From Candidatus Latescibacterota bacterium (GTDB lineage Bacteria; Latescibacterota; UBA2968), in the NCBI GenBank assembly GCA_965222605.1, contig OZ244960.1:928001-992000 (forward strand): a stretch of 64,000 nucleotides of DNA. Reading direction: 5' to 3'. A program made the translations under genes and the position numbers. The notes below the pieces were generated by a model. The model was not told the origin of the DNA. It did not search any database and was given only the letters and a program-made list of their open reading frames with translations. Numbering within the stretch: position 1 is the stretch's first letter; every line of letters begins with the position of its first letter. Positions 35,859 to 46,369 of this stretch are shown here, piece after piece.

Positions 35859-37382
35859 TCATTCTGGCGGCCAAACTGTTTGTTTGGTATATGCCTCTTT
35901 CAAATCGCGCCAATACCGCCTGCCCTTGTGAACCAGATTTGTCGGCGCAAACCGCTTGTTTAAACCTCTTTCGTGACTCGACCGCCCCGTATCAGTTCGA
36001 TATTGCAACGTGAACCGCATCAATTGTGCGAGCAAATCAAAACGCACATCTGCATACGCTGGATCGGCCCAAACATTTGCGATCTCACCCGGATCATTGC
36101 GGTGATCGTACAACTCTCCCTCATCCAGGCTCCCGTAAAACACCAGCCGAAAATCTCGCGTGCGAATCGCCGACACTTTACCCCCGGGGTTGCCCCAATC
36201 CCACTCGCAAAACGCCGCGTCTTTGCCATCTGCCTTGCCATTCACAACGGGAACCAAATCGCGCCCATCGCGCCCATCGGGAATGGGAATATCGCAGAGC
36301 CGACACAGTGTGGGATACCAATCGACCGATTCGACAATCGCATCACATGTCGCGCCTGAGGGTCCACCCGGATAACGCAATACAAAAGGAATGCGGTGAA
36401 TCGAATCGTAAATCCCAAAATTCTTGTGAAACAACCCGTGATCACCTGCAAAATCCCCGTGATCCGCGCAATACAACACCACGGTATTCTCCAACTCCCC
36501 CACCTCATCCAAATAATCCAGCACCCGACCAATCTCGGAATCAATCGCCGTAATCAGCGCGTAATAACTCGCCAAACAACGCTTCAAGCGATCGGGATTT
36601 GGATCGGCCAGTGGATACCCACACCCATCGGCCAAACGCTTTTGCATAAACTCGGGCTTGCCGGCAAAACGACGCTCAAAATAATCAACCGCACTATTGG
36701 GCAACACCATCTCATCGGGATCGTACATATCAAAATGCTCTGCCGCAGGTGCGATCGGTGCGTGTGGTCTTTGAAAACTCATGTGGAGAAAAAACGGTCG
36801 ATCATCGTCCCGCTCCTTCAAAAACGCCAGCGATTCATTGCCCGTATAATGCTCAATTGAATGTCGATATGGCAATTTGGCCGGCGCACTGCCATCCATC
36901 GTATATTCCTGCCCAGGTCTGGCCGAGCCTTCTTCGTAAAAATCCGATAACCCCAGATCTTCCAGATACTTGAAATAGTGCGTCTCGGTTGGATCCAAAT
37001 GCGTCGCATCGCACAAATCCGTATATCGGATGCGCTCAAAACCATCTTCATCCCAGCGCCGAACCATGTGCGCCTTGCCAATCACAGCCGTCTGATACCC
37101 GTGTCTCCGAAACTGACACGCCAGCGTGTTGGAATTCGCTTCGGGAATCTCCGAATGATCATTGCCGAACATCCGATGCGTGTGGCAATACTGCCCGGTC
37201 ATAAAACAAATCCGCGACGGCGAACAAATCGGATTATTGCAAAAAGCTCGTGTAAACACCACCCCCTCATCCGCAATGCGGTCCATATTTGGGGTCTCGA
37301 CATTTGGATGCGCGGCAAATCCCGCGCAATTGGCATTGTGCTGATCCGACATCAGCCACAACACATTGGGTCTTCGCGCCAT
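35859..37382 (-). CDS. Formylglycine-dependent sulfatase
   Basis: RPNVLWLMSDQH, CSPSR, GKAH, ADHGD, ELYD...DPGE. Confidence 0.92.
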   Translation of the reverse strand: MARRPNVLWLMSDQHNANCAGFAAHPNVETPNMDRIADEGVVFTRAFCNNPICSPSRICFMTGQYCHTHRMFGNDHSEIPEANSNTLACQFRRHGYQTAVIGKAHMVRRWDEDGFERIRYTDLCDATHLDPTETHYFKYLEDLGLSDFYEEGSARPGQEYTMDGSAPAKLPYRHSIEHYTGNESLAFLKERDDDRPFFLHMSFQRPHAPIAPAAEHFDMYDPDEMVLPNSAVDYFERRFAGKPEFMQKRLADGCGYPLADPNPDRLKRCLASYYALITAIDSEIGRVLDYLDEVGELENTVVLYCADHGDFAGDHGLFHKNFGIYDSIHRIPFVLRYPGGPSGATCDAIVESVDWYPTLCRLCDIPIPDGRDGRDLVPVVNGKADGKDAAFCEWDWGNPGGKVSAIRTRDFRLVFYGSLDEGELYDHRNDPGEIANVWADPAYADVRFDLLAQLMRFTLQYRTDTGRSSHERGLNKRFAPTNLVHKGRRYWRDLKEAYTKQTVWPPE

Positions 37383-37485
37383 AAATTTCTCCTTTCAAAG
37401 TGTATGTGTTTGCAGACTGTGAGATAAAGCATTAAATTGTCTCTGTTTGATGAAAATGAATCGATCTTTTGCAGAGGAAAACACC

Positions 37486-38835
37486 ATGTTTTTTGACAAC
37501 ATCGCGCTCGGCGTACCCAAAATTTTGCTCCCAAACCCCGAAATCGACTGTAGCAAATGGGCAGTCATAGCCTGTGACCAGTATGTACACGACATATCGT
37601 ATTGGGAAGAAGTCAAAAGCCTCGTGGGAGACACGCCCTCAACCCTGGACCTCATCTATCCCGAAGTCTATCTCTACGACGATGAACACGAAGAACGCAT
37701 TGCCCGCGTTCACAACAACATGAAACGCTTTGTCACCGATGGCATCTTCCGAGACGAAATCGAAGGCTTTTTGCTCGTCAATCGCATCCTCCCCTCGGGA
37801 AAATCGCGCAAAGGACTCGTCGTCACCCTCGATCTCGAGCATTACGACAGCCGCAGCCAGTCCAAAACCCTCATCCGCACAACCGAAGGGACCTATCCCA
37901 AAAATCTCGAAGCGCGTTTCGAAGTTCGGGGCAATGCCTCCCTCGAATCGCCGCATATTTTAGTACTCATCGACGATCCCAAAAAAGAAATTATCGAACC
38001 TCTCTTTGAAGAAGACTATCCAAACATCGTCGATTTTGACCTCATGATGAATGGAGGACAACTTAAATATTATTTAATCGAGAATAAAAAAGACATTGCG
38101 TGCATTGCCCAAAAACTCGCCAAACGCATTGAACCCGATTACATCCATCAAAAGTACGGTGTCAAAAACGAAATACTCCTCTACGCCATGGGCGATGGCA
38201 ACCACTCATTTGCCGCCGCACAAAAAGCATGGAAAAAAATTAAATCAACACTCAATGACAGACAACGCACAACGCGACACCCAGCCAGACATGCCATGGT
38301 CGAATTGATCAACCTGCACGACGACGCGATAGATATAGAGCCAATCCACAGGCTGATCACCCGCGTTGATCCACACACCGCATGCAACACCCTCGTCGCA
38401 TTGCTCAATACATCAGGCACCCACGCGCATCTGGAAAAAGTCTCATCACCCGACGTACAACATCAGCGCACCAAAGCCCTATCATCGGCATCCACCCATT
38501 GCCTTCCCTATCGCGCCGCGGGAAACCTCGGCATACTCGTAATTGAAAACCCATCTCAAAGAACCATACCCGAAACAATGGAAGCCGCGCTCGACCTGTT
38601 CACGCGAGAAGACACCGAAGCCGAAGTCGGATTCATCCACGGCGAAGACGTGATTGACGACCTGGGTAACAAACCCGACGCACTCGGTTTTTACATGCCT
38701 CCCATTTCAAAAAACAGCGTATTCGAGTCCATTGTTCGCTACGGCGCGTATCCTCGCAAATCCATATCTATTGGACACGCCGACGAAAAGCGTTACTATA
38801 TGGAATGCCGAAGCCTTATCCGCACTAAACGATAA
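37486..38835 (+). CDS. DUF1015-family protein
   Basis: KWAVIACDQY, PSTLDLIYPEVYL, LYAMGDGNHS, PRKSISIGHADEKRYYMECR. ATG follows GAGGA. Confidence 0.85.
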   Translation: MFFDNIALGVPKILLPNPEIDCSKWAVIACDQYVHDISYWEEVKSLVGDTPSTLDLIYPEVYLYDDEHEERIARVHNNMKRFVTDGIFRDEIEGFLLVNRILPSGKSRKGLVVTLDLEHYDSRSQSKTLIRTTEGTYPKNLEARFEVRGNASLESPHILVLIDDPKKEIIEPLFEEDYPNIVDFDLMMNGGQLKYYLIENKKDIACIAQKLAKRIEPDYIHQKYGVKNEILLYAMGDGNHSFAAAQKAWKKIKSTLNDRQRTTRHPARHAMVELINLHDDAIDIEPIHRLITRVDPHTACNTLVALLNTSGTHAHLEKVSSPDVQHQRTKALSSASTHCLPYRAAGNLGILVIENPSQRTIPETMEAALDLFTREDTEAEVGFIHGEDVIDDLGNKPDALGFYMPPISKNSVFESIVRYGAYPRKSISIGHADEKRYYMECRSLIRTKR

Positions 38836-38875
38836 TATATGAGACTTTCAATTGCAATTCGGATGTGGAGAGTGT

Positions 38876-40117
38876 ATGACTGAGATATACGACATGGTCA
38901 TTGTTGGCGCGGGTCCAGCGGGCGCGACAGCAGCGTTATATGCCCATCGCGCGGGACTCAATGTCTGTTTGATAGATAAGGCGCGATTTCCGCGGGATAA
39001 AATCTGCGGCGACGCGCTATCGGGCAAAGTCGTATCGATTTTGCACGAACTCGATTTGTTCGATCAGGTCGCGCGATTGCCGGGTGCGACCATTCGAGAA
39101 GTCGTATTTGGCAGTCCGAATCACGTGGATGCGCGTGTGGATTTGCGACGGTATGACCACCGGGATGGAGCCACGGGCAAAATACTGCCAATGGAAGGAT
39201 TTGTGATCCGGCGCGAAGTACTGGATAATTTTCTCTTCCAAGAAGCGAAAAAAGTTGCGAACACCTGTTATGAGGGATTTGCCGTTAAAGACCTGATGCG
39301 AGAAAACGAGCAAATTGTAGGTGTGCGCGGCGTGGTAGATGGCCGAGAACGAGAAATACAGGCCCGCGTCGTGCTCGGTTGCGATGGTTTCAATTCAATG
39401 GTCGCGCGCAAAGCGGGATTGTACACCCATGAATCTGTGCATTGGGTCGTAGCGATTCGGTGTTATTACGAAAATGTGGCGGAATTGGGGAATCAAATCG
39501 AGTTGCATTTTGTAGATGAAGTCTTGCCGGGTTATTTCTGGATTTTTCCACTGGAAAATGGGACGGCAAATGTGGGCATTGGCATGCGTCACGACGTATT
39601 GAAAAAGCGGCGTGTGGATTTGAAAGTAGCGTTAAATGAAGTAATCAACCGCTCGCCTTACGCCTATCGGTTCAAAGATGCGCGTCCAACAGAAGAACCG
39701 GTGGGATGGAATCTGCCCGTGGGAAGCACCCGCCGGAAAAGTTATGGGAATGGCGTATTGCTTTTGGGCGATGCCGCGGGATTGATCGACCCCTTCACGG
39801 GCGAGGGAATTGGCAATGCGTTATATTCCGCGCGTTTTGCCGTGGATATGGTGCAGGAAGCCATTGCGGCAGATGATTATTCAGCGGCTTTTTTTAAGCG
39901 ATACGAAGACCGATTATGGGATGCAATAGGCGATGAATTGGCGACGAGCACGCGAATGCAAAAATTGGGGCATTGGCGTCCCCTCCTCAATTTTACAATT
40001 CAAAAAGCCGCACACAACGACAAAGTCCGCGATCTAATCTGCGGCATGATGGCCAATGCCGTCCCCAAAAAACAACTTACCAATCCCCTGTTTTATTTAA
40101 AGCTATTGTTCAGTTGA
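38876..40117 (+). CDS. Geranylgeranyl-reductase-family FAD oxidoreductase
   Basis: GAGPAG, FPRDKICGDA, GYFWIFP, GDAAGLIDPFTGEGIGNA. Confidence 0.9.
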   Translation: MTEIYDMVIVGAGPAGATAALYAHRAGLNVCLIDKARFPRDKICGDALSGKVVSILHELDLFDQVARLPGATIREVVFGSPNHVDARVDLRRYDHRDGATGKILPMEGFVIRREVLDNFLFQEAKKVANTCYEGFAVKDLMRENEQIVGVRGVVDGREREIQARVVLGCDGFNSMVARKAGLYTHESVHWVVAIRCYYENVAELGNQIELHFVDEVLPGYFWIFPLENGTANVGIGMRHDVLKKRRVDLKVALNEVINRSPYAYRFKDARPTEEPVGWNLPVGSTRRKSYGNGVLLLGDAAGLIDPFTGEGIGNALYSARFAVDMVQEAIAADDYSAAFFKRYEDRLWDAIGDELATSTRMQKLGHWRPLLNFTIQKAAHNDKVRDLICGMMANAVPKKQLTNPLFYLKLLFS

Positions 40118-40134
40118 ACCATTTGTATTCTCAT

Positions 40135-40278
40135 TGGTCTTTCAAATAAGTCTATTTATTAACTTAAACCAAAAGGTTTGGTTGTCATTGCGGCATGGTT
40201 TTAGCCGCAATCCAGTCTCCAGCAAGCCCGGCTGGGAAATAAGAACAACAAATGTTAGCTAATTTTTTTGAAATCCCA
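40135..40278. repeat. MITE-like element with internal palindrome GTCATTGCGGC...GCCGCAATCCAG
   Basis: Imperfect terminal IR TGGTCTTTCAAATAA / TTTTTTGAAATCCCA. Palindrome at 40184-40215. The right end recurs at 3208-3232. Confidence 0.45.
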
Positions 40279-40296
40279 CTCATACCCTAAAAGATC

Positions 40297-41808
40297 ATGA
40301 AACGAATTTTAATATGCTGGATAGGCAACACAGACTTGCAAGCCTCTGAAGGACAAGATGTAGGTGTGGGGCCTATCGCCCAGGCACTGGACACACGCGA
40401 ATTTGATGAAGTCTTTTTTATCACAGATTATAAAGAAGCTCGCGTAAAGCCTTACACCAACTGGATACGAGAAAGAACCCCAACGCCACACCAACTATTT
40501 TATCGACAACTTTCAAGCCCCACCCACTTTGGAGAAATTTACGAGATTGCCGCAAGCATCTGCCAAGAAGCTCTGGACCAATATGGCAATCAAACAGAAC
40601 TGACTTTTCACCTCAGCCCCGGCACGCCAGCAATGGCCGCGGTATGGATCATTCTGGCGAAAACGCGCTTTCCCGCTGAATTGATCGAGTCCTCAAGGGC
40701 GCATGGCGTTCAAACCGCCTCTGTTCCCTTCGATATTTCTGCAGAATTTTTACCTACCCTCCTGCAAAAACCCGATGCAGAACTCCGCTCATTGAGCGAA
40801 GAAAAACCCACTGAATCAGCAAATTTTGAAAACATAATATACAGGAGCCAGGCCATAGCGCGCGTGGTCGAAAAAGCGCGGCGTGCTGCCGTGCGAGATA
40901 TTCCCGTCTTATTTGAAGGTGAGTCCGGCACGGGAAAAGAACTCTTTGCACGCGCCATTCACCAACGCAGCCTGCGAAAGGGGGAATTTATTCCCGTAAA
41001 TTGCGGCGCGATTCATCCCAACCTTGTAGAATCTGAACTGTTTGGGCACAAAAAAGGTGCATTCTCAAATGCCCATGCTGATCGCAAAGGCCACTTTGAA
41101 GAGGCAAATGGCGGTACCATCTTTTTGGATGAAATTGGCGAATTGTCCAAAGATATACAGGTGAAATTATTGCGCGTCTTACAGGAAGGAGAGGTCGTGC
41201 GACTCGGTGAATCCAAACCCAGAAAAGTAGATGTACGCATTGTTGCGGCAACAAATCGAAATCTCATCGAGGAAGTTAGTGAAGGACGGTTCCGCGAAGA
41301 CCTGTTCTATCGGCTTGCAGTGGCCTATCTCAAATTGCCCCCATTGCGCGAACGAGAGGGAGATATGGGTTTGTTGATTAACCATTCGCTCGAACTGATC
41401 AACCGGGAAAATGAAATGCAACCCGGCTACAAACATAAAAAAATTTCCATCGGCGCAAGAAATCTTATTCTGAATCACCATTGGCCTGGCAATATACGCG
41501 AGTTGCAAAACACGCTCAGACGCGCGATGGTGTGGACAGACGAAGAAACCCTTACGCGACAAGACATTGAAGAAGCCCTCTTACCCGCGTTTGGGAAACG
41601 AGACGAAGATATCCTGAATCGCCCCTTTGACGCAGATTTTAGCCTGCCCGATCTGATTGATGAAGTTGCAAAACACTATATTTCTCGCGCACTGAAAGAA
41701 TCCAAAACAAAAACAGAAGCCGCAGAACTCGTGGGCTTACCCAGTTACCAGACCCTCACCAACTGGGCAAAAAAGCACGGTGTAGAAATTGATCTAAACA
41801 GAAAATAG
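40297..41808 (+). CDS. Sigma54-dependent enhancer-binding protein with RtcR-like/CARF-like N-terminal sensor
   Basis: N-terminal ILICWIGNTD...PTHFGEIY...FHLSPGTPAM with no receiver domain. GESGTGKE, GAFSNA, FLDEIGE, RFREDLFYRL, WPGNIREL. C-terminal HTH. Confidence 0.88.
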   Translation: MKRILICWIGNTDLQASEGQDVGVGPIAQALDTREFDEVFFITDYKEARVKPYTNWIRERTPTPHQLFYRQLSSPTHFGEIYEIAASICQEALDQYGNQTELTFHLSPGTPAMAAVWIILAKTRFPAELIESSRAHGVQTASVPFDISAEFLPTLLQKPDAELRSLSEEKPTESANFENIIYRSQAIARVVEKARRAAVRDIPVLFEGESGTGKELFARAIHQRSLRKGEFIPVNCGAIHPNLVESELFGHKKGAFSNAHADRKGHFEEANGGTIFLDEIGELSKDIQVKLLRVLQEGEVVRLGESKPRKVDVRIVAATNRNLIEEVSEGRFREDLFYRLAVAYLKLPPLREREGDMGLLINHSLELINRENEMQPGYKHKKISIGARNLILNHHWPGNIRELQNTLRRAMVWTDEETLTRQDIEEALLPAFGKRDEDILNRPFDADFSLPDLIDEVAKHYISRALKESKTKTEAAELVGLPSYQTLTNWAKKHGVEIDLNRK

Positions 41809-41824
41809 AAAAAATTTAAAAAAA

Positions 41825-41864
41825 ATATCAAATTTTAGAGTACATTGGCACGAAATATGCTTAA
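41825..41864 (+). promoter_or_regulatory. Sigma54 (-24/-12) promoter 1 with upstream IHF-like site
   Basis: TGGCACGAAATATGCT at 41846-41861 (GG-N10-GC). TATCAAATTTTAG and an A-tract lie upstream. Confidence 0.8.
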
Positions 41865-42049
41865 ACAATGAGCGTGACAACAACGTGGACTCCCGCCACC
41901 TGAAGAAATTTCTTGACAAAGCTGCTGTATTAGTAAAAAAATTAGTATCCTGACCCATTCCAAATCGGAGCGCGTTGGATATTCCAAAAGTTTGTCAACC
42001 TCAAGTGTTTCAGACAAACCTGAACGTTTTTTTCAAATTGTGAGAAATT

Positions 42050-44155
42050 ATGGCCAATTTAGATATTAAAAACCTGGTGAAGGAACTGTTTCCTAGCAGC
42101 GTGAAGGACCCGGGGTATCAAAGGTATTTGGAAGGCTTCATTGAAGAAGGATTAAAAACTGAAAATTCTTATAAATTTCAACATCTTACATCTATTGTCA
42201 TTGAAAATTTCAAGTGCATCGGCGATGCCGTAACTATTCCCATTCGTCCCATCACATTGTTATTTGGAAAAAATAGTTCGGGTAAATCAACAGTGTTACA
42301 GGCACTACGTTATGGCTACGAAATGTGGCAAGGTAAATTAGCCAGCCATATATCAATGAGCGGTGGCTTTAATATTGACTTTAGTGATTTTCCTTCCCTG
42401 GTACATGGCCATGATCTGGACAAAAAAATTCGAATTCGTTTCGAATATACCTTTGATTTCGATACCCAATATCCTACTTATGAATTTAGCGAAGTGGTAA
42501 CAGGTTGGAAAGATGGACAAGGCAATATCGTGTCATGGTTATGGGGAATGAGCAAGAATAATGAGGAACTGATTCGTTGTTCCTTTGATAGCTTAGAAGC
42601 CCACACACCTGATACGATATTTGGCTCAAATGGTGAGGAATTGATCTGTTTGAAAGAAAAAAAAGGGTTCCCAAAGCTTTCTCCAGAAATATATGTGAAT
42701 ACTAATAATATTCATAAGGATTCTATAGATTTCCAGTTAAATATAATTAGGTATAAATTGCTGCATCAGCAAGAACTTACAGAATCCTCTAGCGATATTC
42801 AACATTTGGGCCCATTCCGTGAAGTGCCCCAAACGCTTGATAACTCATGGGAAAAAGGAATTGGAGCCTGGAATACTCTCGCGCGTGATCCGGAATTGCT
42901 AAAAGAAACAAATCGCTATATGAGAGATATTTTGAAACTTGGATACACCATCAGTGATATCACACTTGATAGTCAAGAAAAGTCAAATATCACGCTTGAT
43001 ATGAATAGTGAAATCATGGAAAAGTTAAAAAAAATTTGCAATTCTGAAGACATAAAAGTTGATGAATTAAAAAAACAGGTTTATGATCCTCTTGTGCTAT
43101 TATCTCGCCAACCTGTGATTAAACTTCATGACGAAAACGAGAATATAGAAGTTGGTCTCTCAGATATTGGTGTTGGTATCGCCCAAATTATTCCCGTTGT
43201 GGTGGGGACATTAGACGATAGCCACGGAATTTTTTTAGTTGAACAGCCAGAGCTTCACATTCATCCTGCTGTTCAAGTGGCTTTGGGCGATGTATTCATT
43301 GACAGTATAAAAACTAAGCAACTGTTTTTAGATGATTCTCAATTCATACAAGAATGGGCTCATTCTTTTCTAGCCGGAGACGAGACCTATAAGAAATTTC
43401 GCTCCAAGTTTATCTCCAAGCTAGAAAACAGTCCGGACTTCCTTGAAAAGAAAAAAAATATCAATAACCCTGCTTCTTTTTATAACATTTCCTCTAAGAT
43501 TGGCGGCCTCATAATAGACAGCATAAAAATTGGGCAAGAGTGTTTTGATTTTTCTCTATCTTTGCAAGAGGCTTCAGATAAATTTCTCTCCAAAATGGAA
43601 AATAGCTTTGATTTTTCTCTATCTTTGCAAGAGGATTCAGATAAACTTCTCTCCAAGATAGAAAACAGCAAGGAAGACCTACTTGATATTAAAGGACGGA
43701 CATTTAGAAAGGAAGATCTACTTGAAAGCGTCAAAAATATCAATGATCCTGCCAATGATCCTGCTTTTTATTCTAAGATTATTGACCTCATAAAAGACAG
43801 TCATCAGGATATTCTAATAATTGCCGAAGGGTTAAACAAAAAAGTGAGAGAATTAGGCAAAAAGCATAGAAAAGATCTCTTAAGCATGGGTAAAAATAGT
43901 AATCGCACTCTACTCATTGAAACGCATTCAGAGCACCTGTTACTGAGGATTATGAGGCGGATGCGTGAGACGTTTGAAGACAGGATTGTAGAAAATCACT
44001 TCCCCGTAACCCCCGATGATATCGCAGTGCTATTCGTCGAAAGGCATGATTCGCAAACAATCATACGGGAAATGCCTGTTAATGAACGTGGAGAATTGGT
44101 AAAAGCCTGGCCGGGCGGTTTCTTTGAGGAAGATATAGAAGAGGTATTTGCTTAA
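42050..44155 (+). CDS. ABC-type (AAA_15/AAA_21, DUF3696-like) ATPase with a ~190-aa insertion
   Basis: IENFKCI, GKNSSGKS, DIGVGIAQ, LVEQPELHIHP, IETHSEH, and C-terminal WPGGFF. Confidence 0.88.
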   Translation: MANLDIKNLVKELFPSSVKDPGYQRYLEGFIEEGLKTENSYKFQHLTSIVIENFKCIGDAVTIPIRPITLLFGKNSSGKSTVLQALRYGYEMWQGKLASHISMSGGFNIDFSDFPSLVHGHDLDKKIRIRFEYTFDFDTQYPTYEFSEVVTGWKDGQGNIVSWLWGMSKNNEELIRCSFDSLEAHTPDTIFGSNGEELICLKEKKGFPKLSPEIYVNTNNIHKDSIDFQLNIIRYKLLHQQELTESSSDIQHLGPFREVPQTLDNSWEKGIGAWNTLARDPELLKETNRYMRDILKLGYTISDITLDSQEKSNITLDMNSEIMEKLKKICNSEDIKVDELKKQVYDPLVLLSRQPVIKLHDENENIEVGLSDIGVGIAQIIPVVVGTLDDSHGIFLVEQPELHIHPAVQVALGDVFIDSIKTKQLFLDDSQFIQEWAHSFLAGDETYKKFRSKFISKLENSPDFLEKKKNINNPASFYNISSKIGGLIIDSIKIGQECFDFSLSLQEASDKFLSKMENSFDFSLSLQEDSDKLLSKIENSKEDLLDIKGRTFRKEDLLESVKNINDPANDPAFYSKIIDLIKDSHQDILIIAEGLNKKVRELGKKHRKDLLSMGKNSNRTLLIETHSEHLLLRIMRRMRETFEDRIVENHFPVTPDDIAVLFVERHDSQTIIREMPVNERGELVKAWPGGFFEEDIEEVFA

Positions 44156-44270
44156 TGGCTTTATTTTCTGAGTATGCTGTAACACCTGATGTATTTAATG
44201 AGAGTTGTTATGATTCGCCAGCATTATGTGACGTATATTTTAGACAATTGCTGGAAGTTTTTTTTACTGA

Positions 44271-45196
44271 GAAGCTGTTTTAAAACTATTGTGAGTGAAG
44301 AAAAGGGTTGAAAAAGCGTATTCATCTGTCCAAATTTAGGTTAGCAAATCACCCTAAAAAGAAAGGACAAAGATGAATACGCAAAGGCAATATCCGACAA
44401 ATGTCACCCAAGCGCAATGGCAACTGCTGATCCCCTTGCTGCCCAAACGCAAATGGCGAAAAGGAGGTCCCGGACGCCCTCCTGCCAATTTGCGCCAAGT
44501 GTTCAATGGCATCCTGTATCTGACGAAGACCGGCAGCCAATGGCGCATGCTACCCCATACCTTCGGCTGCTGGCAGACCGTGTATGGCTATTTCAATAAA
44601 TGGCGCAAGCAAGGCATCTTTGAGCAGGTGCAACAGGCACTCACGCGGCGAGAAAGAAAACGGCAGGGACGTAAGCCTACCGCATCAGCAGGCTGCATTG
44701 ACAGCCAAAGTGTCAAGACAGCAACACAAGGAAAATCAAAAGGTTATGATGCTGGCAAAAAGGTCAATGGACGCAAACGCCATCTTCTCGTTGATACCCT
44801 CGGACTCGTCATCAGCACCTATGTCTCGCCTGCTGATCTCCAAGACCGTGATGGCTTAAAGAAGGTGCTCAATCAGTATTTTGACACGGGAGAGACACGC
44901 TTACGCAAGCTATGGGTTGATGGCGGCTATCGAGGTGAAGACCTCAAGAAATGGGTCGCTGCTAAGAAGCAGACGCATAAGATTGATCTTGAGGTTGTCA
45001 CCCCAAAAGGCAAAGGCTTTCAACTCGTCAAACGCCGGTGGGTCGTCGAGCGCACCTTTGCTTGGTTATTTAATTTTCGCCGACTATCAAAGGATTATGA
45101 AGACTTGACCGACAGTAGTGAAGCCTTTATTTACATCGTTATGATTTACCTCTTAATCAACAGACTCGCTTAAGCGAGGGGTTTTAAAACAGCTTC
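44271..45196 (+). mobile_element. IS5-family element (IS1031-like), 926 bp
   Basis: Perfect 16-bp TIR GAAGCTGTTTTAAAAC and 3-bp TSD TGA (44268-70 and 45197-99). Confidence 0.95.
44373..45173 (+). CDS. IS5-family DDE transposase
   Basis: IDSQSVKT, GYDAGKKVNGRKRHLLVDTLG, VDGGY, RWVVERTFAW. Confidence 0.96.
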   Translation: MNTQRQYPTNVTQAQWQLLIPLLPKRKWRKGGPGRPPANLRQVFNGILYLTKTGSQWRMLPHTFGCWQTVYGYFNKWRKQGIFEQVQQALTRRERKRQGRKPTASAGCIDSQSVKTATQGKSKGYDAGKKVNGRKRHLLVDTLGLVISTYVSPADLQDRDGLKKVLNQYFDTGETRLRKLWVDGGYRGEDLKKWVAAKKQTHKIDLEVVTPKGKGFQLVKRRWVVERTFAWLFNFRRLSKDYEDLTDSSEAFIYIVMIYLLINRLA

Positions 45197-46329
45197 TGAG
45201 GGTCTCGTTCGAAATCTTCGCAATGGCGAATGGCAAGCGTTCTTTTCAACCCATGCAAGACCCTGGCACTCCCGTATAAAGCATATTTTGAAAAATTTGG
45301 CTGACGCAGGTCGTTTAGTACCAAGTGATCCAGCATTAAGTCATACACCTCAGACTGATCATGAATGGTGCAACGAGGCACTGGCTTCGCATGACACCTC
45401 ACCTTTGAATGGCATTATAGTAAGTGATGCCATTCGAAGTACCTATCGCAGAAATCAGTTGGTTGAAAGTGTAAATAGACTATCTCAATCTACCTGCGCG
45501 TGGTGGGAACCCACAAATAGCTCGCTTCGGTTAAAGCGCACTATCTGTCAGTATAAAAAAGCTCTTAAGCTGATTCTTAGGCATGCAAAATCCATTATGT
45601 TTATAGACCCCTATATTTATCCAGCACAAAGCAACTATGCTGATTTTGTACAATTGATTAAAGCAGCGAGTAATAGACCGCCACAATCACCACGACCAAT
45701 TGTTGAGATACATAGCAAAATTCGTAACATCTCTGGAAAAAATAGGGAAGATACTCGTCAGATTATGGAAAATACTTTTCGAAACGGGTTTGGCCCAGTT
45801 CTTTCGCAGTCAAACTTAAAAGCAGAAGTTTTTATATGGGACGATTTTCACGATCGTTATCTGATTAGCAATTTAGGCGGAATACTGGTGCCCCATGGAT
45901 TCGACACATCAACCAGTTCTAACCTGACAACATGGTCACGGCTTGGACGGTTAGATCGAGATGATGTACAGCGCGAATTTGCTCGCGAGAGTAATAAACA
46001 CAAACTGCAGTTTAATTTTACGATACCGTGAAATTGGGATTTATCGTGAAACCGGTTTACTACACGGTGAGTGTCGAGAGATACTCACCGTTTTTGTTTG
46101 TGTATGAGAGCCAAAATATGGAGGCTTCAGAAATAACGGTCCCACGGCTGTCAGATCAATCCGGAGAGAACGGCCATTCAAAAGAATAAAAAAATTTACT
46201 CTAATACAAGAAATTTTACTCACAATGCCATCCTATCCTGATTAGCAAAGTTGCCAGACACGACTTTTATCGCATTCACGGCACGGAAATTGGCACGAAA
46301 TAAACAAAAAATGAAAAATTTTTATCAAA

Positions 46330-46369
46330 AGATCAAATTTTAGATCGAATTGGCACGAAATATGCTTAA
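46330..46369 (+). promoter_or_regulatory. Sigma54 (-24/-12) promoter 2 with upstream IHF-like site
   Basis: TGGCACGAAATATGCTTAA at 46351-46369 is identical to promoter 1. GATCAAATTTTAG sits at the same spacing. Confidence 0.8.

Larger units (their letters stand above)
44155..46031 (+). pseudogene. ATPase-coupled IDPY/HDR (PLD-like) protein, 315 aa when restored, interrupted by IS5
   Basis: ATG overlaps the ATPase stop (TAATG). MALFSEYAVTPD...VFFTE joins GLVRNLRNGEW... in frame after removing the IS and one TGA. FIDPY and FHDRYLISNLGG motifs. Confidence 0.85.

Noticed and set aside
43312-43891. ATPase1 insertion as an intein
   Set aside because: No N-terminal Cys/Ser block, no terminal His-Asn and no homing-endonuclease motifs.
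46280-46297. Additional sigma54 promoters at the extra GGCACG sites
   Set aside because: Spacing is GG-N11-GC or the -12 GC is missing, and sigma54 spacing is strict.
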